From sequence record NC_055733.1: DNA of 64,000 nucleotides; one strand, 5' to 3'. Shown piece after piece: positions 22,278-31,788 of the stretch; the first letter of the stretch is position 1, and each line of letters starts with the position of its first letter. Position numbers and translations under genes: made by a program. A model generated the notes under the pieces. It saw nothing but the letters and a program-made list of their open reading frames with translations. It made no database searches and was not told the origin of the DNA.

Positions 22278-22562
22278 TTATTCCCCTTTCATATCAGTTT
22301 CGTATTTCTCGATCATCTGCATATTGATCCACTCGGGCTTGGTTTCGAAGCTGTTATACAGAGCTTTCATGCTTTCGATTTGTTCGCCAACACTGCCAGC
22401 CCACAGGCGAGATTCAGAACGATTTCCGTATCCCAGAAAGAACTCACAATCGGATTTCATACGACTCAGTAGCATGTATTTGAATTCGTGGTCCGCTGGA
22501 CGAGTTGCGATAACTTCTTGAATATAGGTCATGATTTGTTCCTCTCGTTTGGATATGTCCAT
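22278..22562 (-). CDS. LPD11-like (large polyvalent protein domain 11) small protein
   Basis: FKYMLLSRMKSDCEFFLGYGNR...LWAG.V.EQI..MK.LYNSF..KPEW pattern. Confidence 0.65.
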   Translation of the reverse strand: MDISKREEQIMTYIQEVIATRPADHEFKYMLLSRMKSDCEFFLGYGNRSESRLWAGSVGEQIESMKALYNSFETKPEWINMQMIEKYETDMKGE

Positions 22563-22971
22563 AATAGCAGGTTAGATTGGCATGTCAAGCACCAAAACGA
22601 AAAGGCACCCGAAGGTGCCTTAATTTATCTTAACTGATCACTCATTATCCCAAGAACGTTTTACGTTACGTCCGTCGCGACGAGGACGAGACTTGTCTTT
22701 GGCTGGTTTTTCGATGTGCTCACGCTCTTCCATGATAGACTTGATCAAATCGTAATACTCGGCCAGATTATGAGCGCGTTCGCGATCTGCATCGGAACAA
22801 TCCTGTTGATCTGCATGATATTGTGCAGCAGCGCGAGACTTCAACACAGTTTTACGCAGTGCATTCAGACGTTCGGTAGTCAGATTGCGGAGTTTTTTCT
22901 CAGTTAGAAATTCCATCTTTGTTTCCTACAGGTGGTTTTAATACACTATCACTATCACTAATGGCAGATAT

Positions 22972-23093
22972 TGGCGGAGAAGGTGGGATTCGAACCCACG
23001 ACCAACAGTTTGATTTTGCAAGGGTTTGCGGTAAAGAATCTTAATCAGATTCCGCTTTTTGCGACTACTGCTCTACCACTGAGCTACTTCCCC
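22972..23093 (-). ncRNA. tRNA-like RNA E1 (122 nt) with a greatly expanded anticodon arm
   Basis: Acceptor GGGGAAG/CTTCTCC with G3-U70 and encoded CCA; canonical D arm GCTC-AGTGGTA-GAGC and T arm GTGGG-TTCGAAT-CCCAC; ~54 nt in place of the anticodon loop. Confidence 0.8.
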
Positions 23094-23101
23094 AAATTTT
23101 T

Positions 23102-23240
23102 AACAACACTATGCTGGCGGTCTGGGCCTCGAACCCAGATTACAGGCTTAACAGGCGAGTATTTATTGCGGAAAACATTCTTATCAGAATGAATTTTACA
23201 GTGTCCTACCAATTAGACGAACCGCCAGCATAATGTTGTT
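23102..23240 (-). ncRNA. tRNA-like RNA E2 with an insertion between the D arm and an Asn-like CTGTTAA loop
   Basis: Acceptor TGGCGGT/ACCGCCA extended by ~13 bp; D arm GTCT-AATTGGT-AGGAC; T arm CTGGG-TTCGAGG-CCCAG. Confidence 0.75.
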
Positions 23241-23241
23241 T

Positions 23242-23365
23242 GTTGTAGCGATACTGGATTCGAACCAGTGACGTTTCTCGATGTGCCCACACTTAACGGA
23301 ATCGAACCGTTCTCGATACTTCTCTGCGATCAGAGGCGTTCTCCCGCTGAACTAATCGCGACAAC
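23242..23365 (-). ncRNA. tRNA-like RNA E3 with two T-psi-C arms
   Basis: D arm GTTC-AGCGGGA-GAAC; T arms AACGG-TTCGATT-CCGTT and ACTGG-TTCGAAT-CCAGT; terminal stem closes the molecule. Confidence 0.75.
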
Positions 23366-23381
23366 AAAACAATCTTAACAC

Positions 23382-23801
23382 TTATTTCTTAGAGGGTAAA
23401 CCTTTTTCGTTGAAATTTTTCACTGCCAGTTTGAACTTCAAACGAATCAACGTTTCCCGATTCGGATTTACTTTCATGATCTTGGCGTTACCGCGATGAA
23501 TCAGCGCGTAAACATCCTCGATCTGATTGCGAGCGATAAGCTCCGCGAACTCCTCACTATATCGAATCTGAGTAGTGAAGTCGATAAACTCCTCACCTGA
23601 AATCAGATCAACAGAACGAGTTACGGCACCATCATACATGTATTCCGTGTTTACAACAACTCGAACATTATCAGCACCGTCGAACGAGATCATTGGAATA
23701 CCAAGAGGACGTTTGTATGAAAGTGACAACAGACGATCTTTCTCTTTCTGTTCTTCTTGTTCTTTACGCTTTGCTTCCGTGCCACTTGCCTTCTTCGACA
23801 A
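23382..23801 (-). CDS. Hypothetical protein
   Basis: 139-aa co-oriented ORF. Confidence 0.55.
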   Translation of the reverse strand: MSKKASGTEAKRKEQEEQKEKDRLLSLSYKRPLGIPMISFDGADNVRVVVNTEYMYDGAVTRSVDLISGEEFIDFTTQIRYSEEFAELIARNQIEDVYALIHRGNAKIMKVNPNRETLIRLKFKLAVKNFNEKGLPSKK

Positions 23802-23881
23802 TAGCAGTATAGGTATTAGGAAACAGCAGTTTAGCCAGATATTTCATACTCATGATAACTTCCTCTTAGTTAATGTCGCCA

Positions 23882-24226
23882 TTATAATGACTCTGGATTA
23901 CCAGTCAAGAAAAAATACGCGATTGCGATCAAAATTTTACACACAATATGAAGTGCTTGATCTTGATGTAATCCAATCTTGCTGTTGCACTTAGCATAAT
24001 CGATGATCCAATGACTCACAAGCTCTGCCAAACTAAGCCAAACGCTCTTGGTTGCAACGTATACCACAAGCGCATGAGTAGCACTATGAGCAGTTAGCCA
24101 GTAGAACCAATGCACCCCATAGAGCGGAGAATTGATTGGATTCTTACCACGAGCAATACTATCGGATTGCAGAACATAATCGGCCACAAAATGGCCGATT
24201 ATGAGAATATACAGAATTTCAAACAT
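23882..24226 (-). CDS. DUF3307-like membrane protein
   Basis: GHFVADYVLQ...H..TH...SHWIID..K...DQALH pattern with TM helices. Confidence 0.75.
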   Translation of the reverse strand: MFEILYILIIGHFVADYVLQSDSIARGKNPINSPLYGVHWFYWLTAHSATHALVVYVATKSVWLSLAELVSHWIIDYAKCNSKIGLHQDQALHIVCKILIAIAYFFLTGNPESL

Positions 24227-25370
24227 TTCCAGGCGCCATCACTAAGAAAACGTGATACCCGTTTTGTTTGATCTGCCTAATATGGAAAGAGTATCCACGC
24301 CTCAACAGCTCGGTGTGATCGTATTGGCTAATGAAATCACTTCTGTCCTGCGGATCGGTACTAACTTCGTCATATCCCATGCACTCGATAATTCGAAGAA
24401 TCCGCTTGAGATTTTCAGATATCATTTACCAGCAATCTCTAATTTACAGTTTGCCAAATGATGTTCGATAACACGGTCATCGGCAAACAGTTTCAGATTC
24501 AAAGCGGCACGATAAAAATCACCTTCGCCTTGATACGAATGAATCCAGAACTCAACGTTTCCTTCGTCATCAATAATAGCGTCGTTCGCTTCCCAATTGG
24601 AATCGTTGTTACGCTTGATCTGATTGGCATATTGTACCAATGCGCGTTTGAATGTCTTGATATTGTAAATCAGCATTGTTGCATTCTGCATTTTATTCTC
24701 CGTTGACCTGTTTGACGAAATCTTCCACTTGCTTTATCCAAGCAGACACGCTAGTTTGATTTCGGAAGAAATCCATTTCGAACTTATGTTCCAAATCCGT
24801 GCCGTTAACATTAAATTTTACCACTATCTCATTCTTGATAAGATTAAACGAAACATCATCGGCTTTAAACTCCATATTGTGGATTTTTGCCATTGCATCG
24901 CCATACATCTTAACGTTAGCAAGGATAAACTCAATAATCGAACTCATTTTTAATTCTCACATTGGAGTTGAAATTTGACCGAACTCAGCTTGCAGCCTCT
25001 TGTATTGCTCTAAACGTTGTTGCTTCTGATTAGCGTCCCATTTTTCTTTTTTAACCCGATAGTCTTCATCACGTTGTTTGATATGCTCGAATGAACGAGC
25101 AATCTCGGACTCGATATCTTCCAGAACGTCATCAATCTCACGATCATCAACAGCAACATCAATGCTACAAACGTGAAAGTCGTCATCCCAGCCAGTCTCA
25201 TACGTGACGCTAATCGTCATATCTTCGAGATCCATACTAACATTCGAATATTTTCCTGTCAACTTCCGAATGTTATCTTTATCGTGAAACTGAGAAACTT
25301 TTTGATTCCAATCAATTCGCAACTCTTCTACTTTCGCCACAATCTTCTTACAATCTTCACTCTTGAACAT
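24219..25370 (-). CDS. Run of small hypothetical ORFs
   Basis: Packed and co-oriented, each with a GGAG RBS. Confidence 0.55.
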
Positions 25371-25422
25371 ATCATTCTCCTAATTAGAATCGTATTATCT
25401 CATATTCAAATCAGTTGTCAAT

Positions 25423-25450
25423 AAAAAAGCCACCTTCGGGTGGCTTTTTT
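25423..25450. terminator. Bidirectional UUCG terminator
   Basis: AAAAAA-GCCACC-TTCG-GGTGGC-TTTTTT. Confidence 0.85.
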
Positions 25451-25451
25451 A

Positions 25452-26888
25452 TTAGAAATCGATACCGACGTAACGGTCGCTCATGATCTTGTCGAGCATG
25501 ATTTGCATCGGGTTAAACTCTTTCGCACTCAGGATTGTCTCCATGATTGCAGGACTAAAACCAGAAACAAGAGCAGTGCCTTGATCATCTTTGGTCACCG
25601 GATTGTTAGTCGGGCGCGGGCAAAGATTCCAGAACACCAGTTTCGGCATTTCGTAACCAGCGTCGCGGTAAGTCTGACGAATCACCTCAAAGTTGGTAGG
25701 CTCACGGTCACGCATACGATAGTAACCACTATAGCCACCATCAGCAACGTTGAATTCCATGTCAGACAAGACAACCAACATAGTCGGCATATCTTCTTGC
25801 GGAACTCGATTGCGTACAGCGCGATCAAGAATGATCTTGAATGCACCAGCAAAGTTGGTAGAGCCACCCCACGGAGCGCGTCTCAGATGATTCACCATGC
25901 TTTGAAGATCGTCGCCTTTCTCTTTGATGTTGTAGAACTCAGGATTATCATCGAAGGTAATCACTTCGTTCCGGAACACACCGCGCGAACGTTCGCCGAT
26001 GTACAGACCCAGAGAAATCGCGATGTCCATAGCAGACAAGCCAGCAACAGCGGTCGGAGTGCTCATAGAGCCGGAAACGTCAACCATTGCGATTACGTTT
26101 TCAGTAGAGCCAGCCATCCAGTCGCGTTGTGCTTTCCACTGTGCATCAGCAGCAACGGAAGAACCAGTACGCAGGGATTTGATCATGTCATACGGATAAA
26201 CCGCAGCAGCGTTGATCTTAGCCTCACCCTTTTTCAAGGACTCAAGGTAAGCAACATAATGCTCATTCGCGTTTTTCAGGAATGCTTTCTGATAACGAGC
26301 AGAAGCAACAGACGGCAGTTTATCGAACTCAATACCGTCCCACTGACGAGCACACATCTTTTGTTCAACGGTGTTCGACATACGGACGATAGTGTGACGA
26401 TATTCTTTAGCAGTCATTCGCATAGCTTTGGCCAGAATACCGGCTTCTTTGCCCTTTCGAGGTGCCCACTTTGCAGCAAGACCGTTTTGCTTGGTCATGA
26501 TTGCATCAACCATGATAGCCACAGCAGCGTCCTGAATCGGAGAATTGAACATTGCTACCACGTCTTTGAAGCGACCGATTTCAGGAGTGTTCATCAGAAC
26601 TACGGTGGCGTCAACAGGGTGACGATGCGCAAGGACTTTCAGCAGGCGGATGAATTGTTCACGTTCACCGGCACCACCGCGAATATCGCGAGCCCATTGC
26701 AGAATGCGAACAGCCCAGTCAGGAGACTCGGTATAAGCATCAACAAACATCTGAGTCAGATCTTTCCCGCGAGAGGAACCAATCTGAGAAAACAGATTCA
26801 GACACTTGTCGCCAGTGGTGTAGTTAGTGACAGCACCGTTAGCAGTGCGGGTTTGAGCTTGTACCATTGCATTCATAAAATTAGACAC
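25452..26888 (-). CDS. DUF2828-family TROVE/Ro60-like protein with C-terminal vWA (MIDAS) domain
   Basis: ARDIRGGAGER, LAAKWAPR, IEFDKLPSVA, MIDAS DVSGSM, WGGSTNF, SDMEF and FWNL motifs. Start GTG 26888 after GAGG. Confidence 0.8.
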   Translation of the reverse strand: MSNFMNAMVQAQTRTANGAVTNYTTGDKCLNLFSQIGSSRGKDLTQMFVDAYTESPDWAVRILQWARDIRGGAGEREQFIRLLKVLAHRHPVDATVVLMNTPEIGRFKDVVAMFNSPIQDAAVAIMVDAIMTKQNGLAAKWAPRKGKEAGILAKAMRMTAKEYRHTIVRMSNTVEQKMCARQWDGIEFDKLPSVASARYQKAFLKNANEHYVAYLESLKKGEAKINAAAVYPYDMIKSLRTGSSVAADAQWKAQRDWMAGSTENVIAMVDVSGSMSTPTAVAGLSAMDIAISLGLYIGERSRGVFRNEVITFDDNPEFYNIKEKGDDLQSMVNHLRRAPWGGSTNFAGAFKIILDRAVRNRVPQEDMPTMLVVLSDMEFNVADGGYSGYYRMRDREPTNFEVIRQTYRDAGYEMPKLVFWNLCPRPTNNPVTKDDQGTALVSGFSPAIMETILSAKEFNPMQIMLDKIMSDRYVGIDF

Positions 26889-26901
26889 AGAATTACCTCT
26901 T

Positions 26902-27501
26902 TCAGGTTTGTTTGAATTTGTCCCAATCATAGGACAGTTTGTTTTTCCAGCACTTGCGGCAGAACGAAATGTAACGTTGTTCAGCCCCAATGCAAATTTG
27001 TTCACCTCGACGGATAACATTGCCGTTATCATCAACGCGAGCTACCATACAGGATTTTCTACCACAATCACAGATACCAGACAGTTGTCTAATTTCATCT
27101 GAAATCGAAAGTAATGCCCTAGAGCCAGGGAACAAGTTACCGAGAAAATCGGTACGCAGTCCGTAGCACATAACAGGGATATCCAGCTTGTCAACAACGT
27201 CGGACAGTTCCCACACTTGTTTTTCAGTCAGGAACTGTGCTTCATCAACAAGAACACAGGCGATATCGGACAGTTTACTCTCTTTTTCGATCATTGTAAA
27301 CATGTTTTCGTCAACATGCACACAGCGACACTCGCGCTGGATACCGATACGTGATCCAATCGTACCTTCTGTTCTAGTGTCAAACGCAGGTTTGTACAGC
27401 AGAACGTTTTGATTTCTCTCGTTGTAGTTGAAAGCCACTTGCAGTAATTGAGTGCTCTTGCCCACGTTCATCGAGGCATGTGTAAAAAACAGCTTTGCCA
27501 T
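26902..27501 (-). CDS. tk: Thymidine kinase
   Basis: ASMNVGKST, DEAQFL, YGLRTDF.GNLFPGS, CDCG and Y...CRKC motifs. Confidence 0.95.
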   Translation of the reverse strand: MAKLFFTHASMNVGKSTQLLQVAFNYNERNQNVLLYKPAFDTRTEGTIGSRIGIQRECRCVHVDENMFTMIEKESKLSDIACVLVDEAQFLTEKQVWELSDVVDKLDIPVMCYGLRTDFLGNLFPGSRALLSISDEIRQLSGICDCGRKSCMVARVDDNGNVIRRGEQICIGAEQRYISFCRKCWKNKLSYDWDKFKQT

Positions 27502-27550
27502 TAGTTCCTCTTTTCTGTTACTTTAACTCGCCTTCCGTGGCAAGTAAACA

Positions 27551-27877
27551 TCAGTAACAATATTTTGCTAAAAAGTTAGCTTGGTATGAATCGTCCTTGA
27601 TGTAGTATTTGATTCCACTCGAATAAACAGCTTTCATCAACACAACGGTTTCTTGTTTGAACTCGGGTACAATCGTACAGCTACCGGTTTCGATTGAGTA
27701 AACAAGAATCCCGTTATATTCAAACTCAACACGAGCAGCTTGATAGAACTTACCACGCCATTCTTCTGGCTTATATCTTGTCGCCTGTGCTGTTACTTCT
27801 CGTACTACGATTGGTTTTTCTGGTTCACCGCACCCAGATAACAGCACGACGAACACAAGAAACATTACACGGAACAT
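27551..27877 (-). CDS. Putative lipoprotein
   Basis: Lipobox LLSGC. Confidence 0.6.
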   Translation of the reverse strand: MFRVMFLVFVVLLSGCGEPEKPIVVREVTAQATRYKPEEWRGKFYQAARVEFEYNGILVYSIETGSCTIVPEFKQETVVLMKAVYSSGIKYYIKDDSYQANFLAKYCY

Positions 27878-27886
27878 AGAATTCCC

Positions 27887-28315
27887 TTACAGAACAGGCA
27901 CCACAGTGATAGCAGAACTAGCGTTGTCGCCGTCCATTTTCTTGGTATAGCTAACATAAACCATGTTCATATGCTCTTTGTCATACACACGGTCGATTAC
28001 CATGTTCTTGAAGAACCAGCTTTTCTTCTGAGAGAATACGTTCTTGCGAGACGTCAATTCAACCCCAGATTCGAACGGAGCAGAAACACACTGCATGGCA
28101 ACATCAGTCTGATCTTCGAAACTCAGAGTTCGAGACGGCAGATTGACATAGCAGGTGATGTTTGGATAATCAGGATCGCTGAATACTTCCACACTCAGAG
28201 TATCTTTGAATACCAGACCAGAGGTCTCTACTTCATACAGAGTATCGGCTTTAACAGCACCGACTGCCAGCATGGCACATACGAATATAACATTTTGAAT
28301 AATCTTTTTCATCAT
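27887..28315 (-). CDS. creA: CreA-family exported protein
   Basis: Signal peptide; FSDPDYPNITCYV, C.., VFSQKKSWFFK...RVYD and VY.SY..K motifs. Confidence 0.8.
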   Translation of the reverse strand: MMKKIIQNVIFVCAMLAVGAVKADTLYEVETSGLVFKDTLSVEVFSDPDYPNITCYVNLPSRTLSFEDQTDVAMQCVSAPFESGVELTSRKNVFSQKKSWFFKNMVIDRVYDKEHMNMVYVSYTKKMDGDNASSAITVVPVL

Positions 28316-29480
28316 ATTTCCTTAGCAATTAGTTTGCAGTTGACAACATAACACGACTTGCCGTTATACTTAAACACAACAAAATCTCGGGTAATACTCA
28401 AGTCGGTAACTATCAAATCCTTAGCAAGGATTTTCTCTCCACTTTCGCTCGGAAGTTGATAGTACGTTTCGTAAGCCTGATCGATGTAATAGATCGATAC
28501 GACATATTGTGTCATTATTTCACATCCCAGAGAACAGAACAAGTGGCATTTGTGACGAAGTATTTCCGCTCATTGAACATAAACATCCAACCGTTGTTGT
28601 TTCTATTCAACTCACTAGCGTGAATGCCATTGATCAGCATACCGTCGGGTGTCTTTACATATCCGCCATTATGAAACCAGCAAGTAATCATGCCAGGAAC
28701 GGCGAACACAGAGCTATTAAACATCATCAGAGCCACAAAAGCAAGAACTTTTTTCATTTTTCACCACACTTTTCTTTCAAACGTTTAATTTCATCGTACA
28801 TTTCGGACACGATGTTGGAAACATAACGGCGACAATCGCCTCCAGTTCCCCAACAAGTGGTACAGCAATATTGATCATCAAAGCCCATTCCGCTACAGTC
28901 GGGACAGCTCACTAGACCGCGGAATTCATCTTCATCGATCATACGCTTGATCATATGAAGTTCGGAGTTATCAATCACCCTTGCACATCCATGAACAGGT
29001 TATCGGCACCATAGAACTTGATAAAGCGTTGTCCAACGATTGCCACCATTGTGCCATACTCGGACATGATAGAACCGCAGTCGTGATACATATTCTTGGT
29101 GAAAACGAATGGACGAACTCCAAAGACGTTTTCGAACAGTTGACCGGCATCATCGTTTCGCTCATAAATTGAGTCCATACAATCAACGATGCGAACACCG
29201 ACAAGGCTCATTGTCAATAACTCTTCCAGATTCTTTACAAATACTTTCATTTTCCATCTTCTCCATACAGTTTAATCAAATCATAGTTACCGAAATCGCA
29301 TGTAAACGCAACAACTTTTCGGTTTTTGTGAACTTGATAATACAACTCTAGTCCACGATTGCGCTTATATAAGTCCGGCTCGCCGTCGAATTTCACGGTA
29401 ATAGTTTCAAACTGACTAAGCTCAGTCTCGGTAAAGTGCAAAATCTCTCTTGCCGAATTGAAAGTTATATTTTTACTCAT
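28312..29480 (-). CDS. Run of small ORFs, including a CxxCxGxG zinc-finger protein (28754..28978)
   Basis: CPDCSGMG...CTTCWGTG; overlapping start/stop codons. Confidence 0.55.
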
Positions 29481-29583
29481 GATTAACCTCCTGTTTCTAT
29501 GTGACCATCATATCAGGTCACAAAAGAGTGTCAACACTTTTTGGAAATAAAAAATCCCGCCGAAGCGGGATTGTGTTTACCAT

Positions 29584-30075
29584 TCAGTCATCGACATATG
29601 ACTTATTGTGAATAATTTTGAAAATTGCAACTTCGGATACCGAATACTTTTTGGATAACATAGCCATGGTAACAACTCTAGGAACATAAGATTCGCGTAT
29701 TTCCTGAACTTGTTTTTGATTCAGTTTCGCTGTAATCGATTTCTCCCCTTTTGGGCTTACAATCAGATTATTTTGATGTGCGTGTTTTACGTTGTCTGAG
29801 TGTGTGCACCATTCCAGATTAGAAACGTGATTGTTTGATTTGTCCCCATCTTTATGATTTACAGCTGGTAAGTTATTTGGATTCGGTAAGTAGGCAGTGG
29901 CAACTAATCTATGTATTGTAAAAAATTTAGCGGTTCTATCCTTTAATTTCGTACAATGACAAGAATATCCTCGATTGTTTGTGAACAACTTTAAAAATCT
30001 ATTTCTACGTTTAGACCAAAGTCGTCCGTCTTCGGTTATTGCAAATCGATCCTCATATCCCAATACATCTTTCAA
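29584..30075 (-). mobile_element. Freestanding HNH homing endonuclease (NUMOD4/HNH type)
   Basis: IHRLVA..YLPNP...VNHKDGDKSNNHVSNLEWCT.SDN..H; AT-rich insert. Confidence 0.88.
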
Positions 30076-30090
30076 TTTATTTTAAACACC

Positions 30091-30252
30091 TTAGCCTTTA
30101 TGTTTTGCAATCTCAATAGCCTGTAGTTGATCTATTGCTTGTTCTTTGGTTTTGTGTGTGCCAAGAACTTTCGTCTTAGCATGATTCAAAACCACCCATT
30201 CGTCGCCTAGTTTTTTAACAAACTCCAGCAACATGAAACTTTTAAAATCCAT
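30091..30252 (-). CDS. Small protein MDFKSFMLLE... (possible internal head protein)
   Basis: True start at 30252; the 5' part of the listed ORF overlaps a tRNA-like element. Confidence 0.5.
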   Translation of the reverse strand: MDFKSFMLLEFVKKLGDEWVVLNHAKTKVLGTHKTKEQAIDQLQAIEIAKHKG

Positions 30253-30269
30253 ACAGATCTCCAAATAAA

Positions 30270-30352
30270 GGCGTCGGAAGGCAGGACTCGAACCCGCACC
30301 CCACTGGGTTTCTGCCCAGTAGCTCTTCCAATTGAGACTTACAACCGACACC
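30270..30352 (-). ncRNA. Aberrant tRNA-like RNA (8-nt anticodon-position loop GCAGAAAC)
   Basis: T arm GCGGG-TTCGAGT-CCTGC; D-like CTC-AATTGGAA-GAG; stem ACTGG/CCAGT; mismatched acceptor; CTAAATA motif just upstream. Confidence 0.6.
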
Positions 30353-31154
30353 TATTATTTAGTTAGATGTTTTCGTGAGCTTCGCACATCATTTCAGCCA
30401 ATGTGTCTTCGTTGTCACTAACAATCAAACAACGAGACTCATGAAGTTCAAGACGATACGGATCCAAATCACCATAGCAGTATTCGGCACCACTTTTCAT
30501 GATATCGCGAATTTCATCGGCACAATCTTCGATGTAATCCTCATCTACAATATCTTTTTGATTCAGAAATGCAATGATTTCCCAACGGTGATGAACAACT
30601 TTCTTTTTATAGCCTTCAATCATCAGAATCATGTTCGTATTCCCAGTTAGCTTGATGTAAAGCTTGGTGCATTTTAAAGTTGAAATCGTCTTTCTGTCTA
30701 GCCAGTTCTCTCCTGAATGCGAACTCACTAACAGAAGCAATCAACATCTTTTTATCTTCTACGGCGTTAAACGGCGACTCCGCAACATAAACAAGTCTAT
30801 TTTGTTGGTGCATTTCGTTGATGTACCGACAAACGCGAGCTCCGTTATGGAACTTACGTGCGAGATAAAGACGTTGAAACCGAGACACCCGGATGTTTTT
30901 CTGCTTGTCAAAGTCGTAATAATGCATTATATGTCCAAATCCCCAAAACTCTCTTCGGTATGTTCTTCTATCGAGAATCGGTAGCTTTCGCTATATCCTT
31001 TATCGGAATACTCAGCACTAGCGCGAGCGACAACGGATTCAGCAACCTTTTTGTCGGTACGAACGGCATAGAACTCTTTGTATTCTCCGCCGTATTCTAT
31101 ATCAAAGAACGAACGGATTACAATATAAAACATGATTATTTCCTCAGATGAATT

Positions 31155-31229
31155 TGGTGGCCCCGAGCGGACTCGAACCGCTTTTCTTCGCTTATGAGGC
31201 GAGCACATTTACCATTATGTTACGGGGCC
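31155..31229 (-). tRNA. trnI2: tRNA-CAT, probably Ile2 (lysidine type)
   Basis: Acceptor GGCCCCG/CGGGGCC-A-CCA resembles enterobacterial tRNA-Ile2; loop CTCATAA. Confidence 0.8.
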
Positions 31230-31271
31230 GTTTGTTTATAGGAACCATTATTACACAGTTCCTAATGATAG

Positions 31272-31658
31272 TCAACCTTTAAGATTCAATTTGTATCTAA
31301 TCGAAGTCAAAAACGTCATGATATCTTCCAGTGCATTCACCAGATCGAAATGTCGTTTAGTCTCCAAATACTCATGCACCATAGTACACTCTTGCAGGAA
31401 ATTGTCAATCAACATTTCAACTTCAACTTCCGCATGAGTAGCAGTAAAGCTCTGAGCATATCCACGAGCGATAGCGTATTCTGCAAAGCTATCAATCAGC
31501 TCTGGAAGTTCTTCGTAATACGCTTGGAGCGCTTTGTGACGGCTATAGATAGTAGTAGTCAGGTGTTGGTGATGAACGTATGCCACGCTTTTCAGAAGCT
31601 TGGAAATTAGTTCGCCAACACTTGAGTTTGTATCACCTTTGAAATCTTTGAAACTCAT
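31272..31658 (-). CDS. Ferritin/Dps-like four-helix protein (DUF5856-like)
   Basis: H.QH..T..YSRHKALQAYYEELPELIDSFAE pattern. Confidence 0.7.
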   Translation of the reverse strand: MSFKDFKGDTNSSVGELISKLLKSVAYVHHQHLTTTIYSRHKALQAYYEELPELIDSFAEYAIARGYAQSFTATHAEVEVEMLIDNFLQECTMVHEYLETKRHFDLVNALEDIMTFLTSIRYKLNLKG

Positions 31659-31704
31659 ATTATACTCCTAATGAAAAAGGGAGCCGAAGCTCCCTTTATT
31701 TATC

Positions 31705-31782
31705 TGGTGCGCCAACTCGGACTCGAACCGAGAAACAACTGATTCTAAATCAGCTAGGTAGACCAATTCCCATCATTGACGC
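31705..31782 (-). tRNA. trnL: tRNA-Leu(TAG), short variable region
   Basis: Loop TTTAGAA, A73, encoded CCA; only 5 nt between the anticodon and T stems. Confidence 0.8.
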
Positions 31783-31788
31783 ATTGTT

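Noticed and set aside
22971-23192. ORFs overlapping tRNA genes (also 33134..33502, 35469..35696, 40474..40875 and the 5' parts of 30091..30351 and 31987..32397)
   Set aside because: The translations are just tRNA sequence read in frame (e.g. VGFEPTT, GLEPT).
25440-26915. 491-aa plus-strand ORF, and similar long antisense ORFs at 5954..6907, 7485..8207, 8916..9605 and 13277..13903
   Set aside because: They are antisense shadows of well-supported minus-strand genes, with no motifs or RBS/promoter support.
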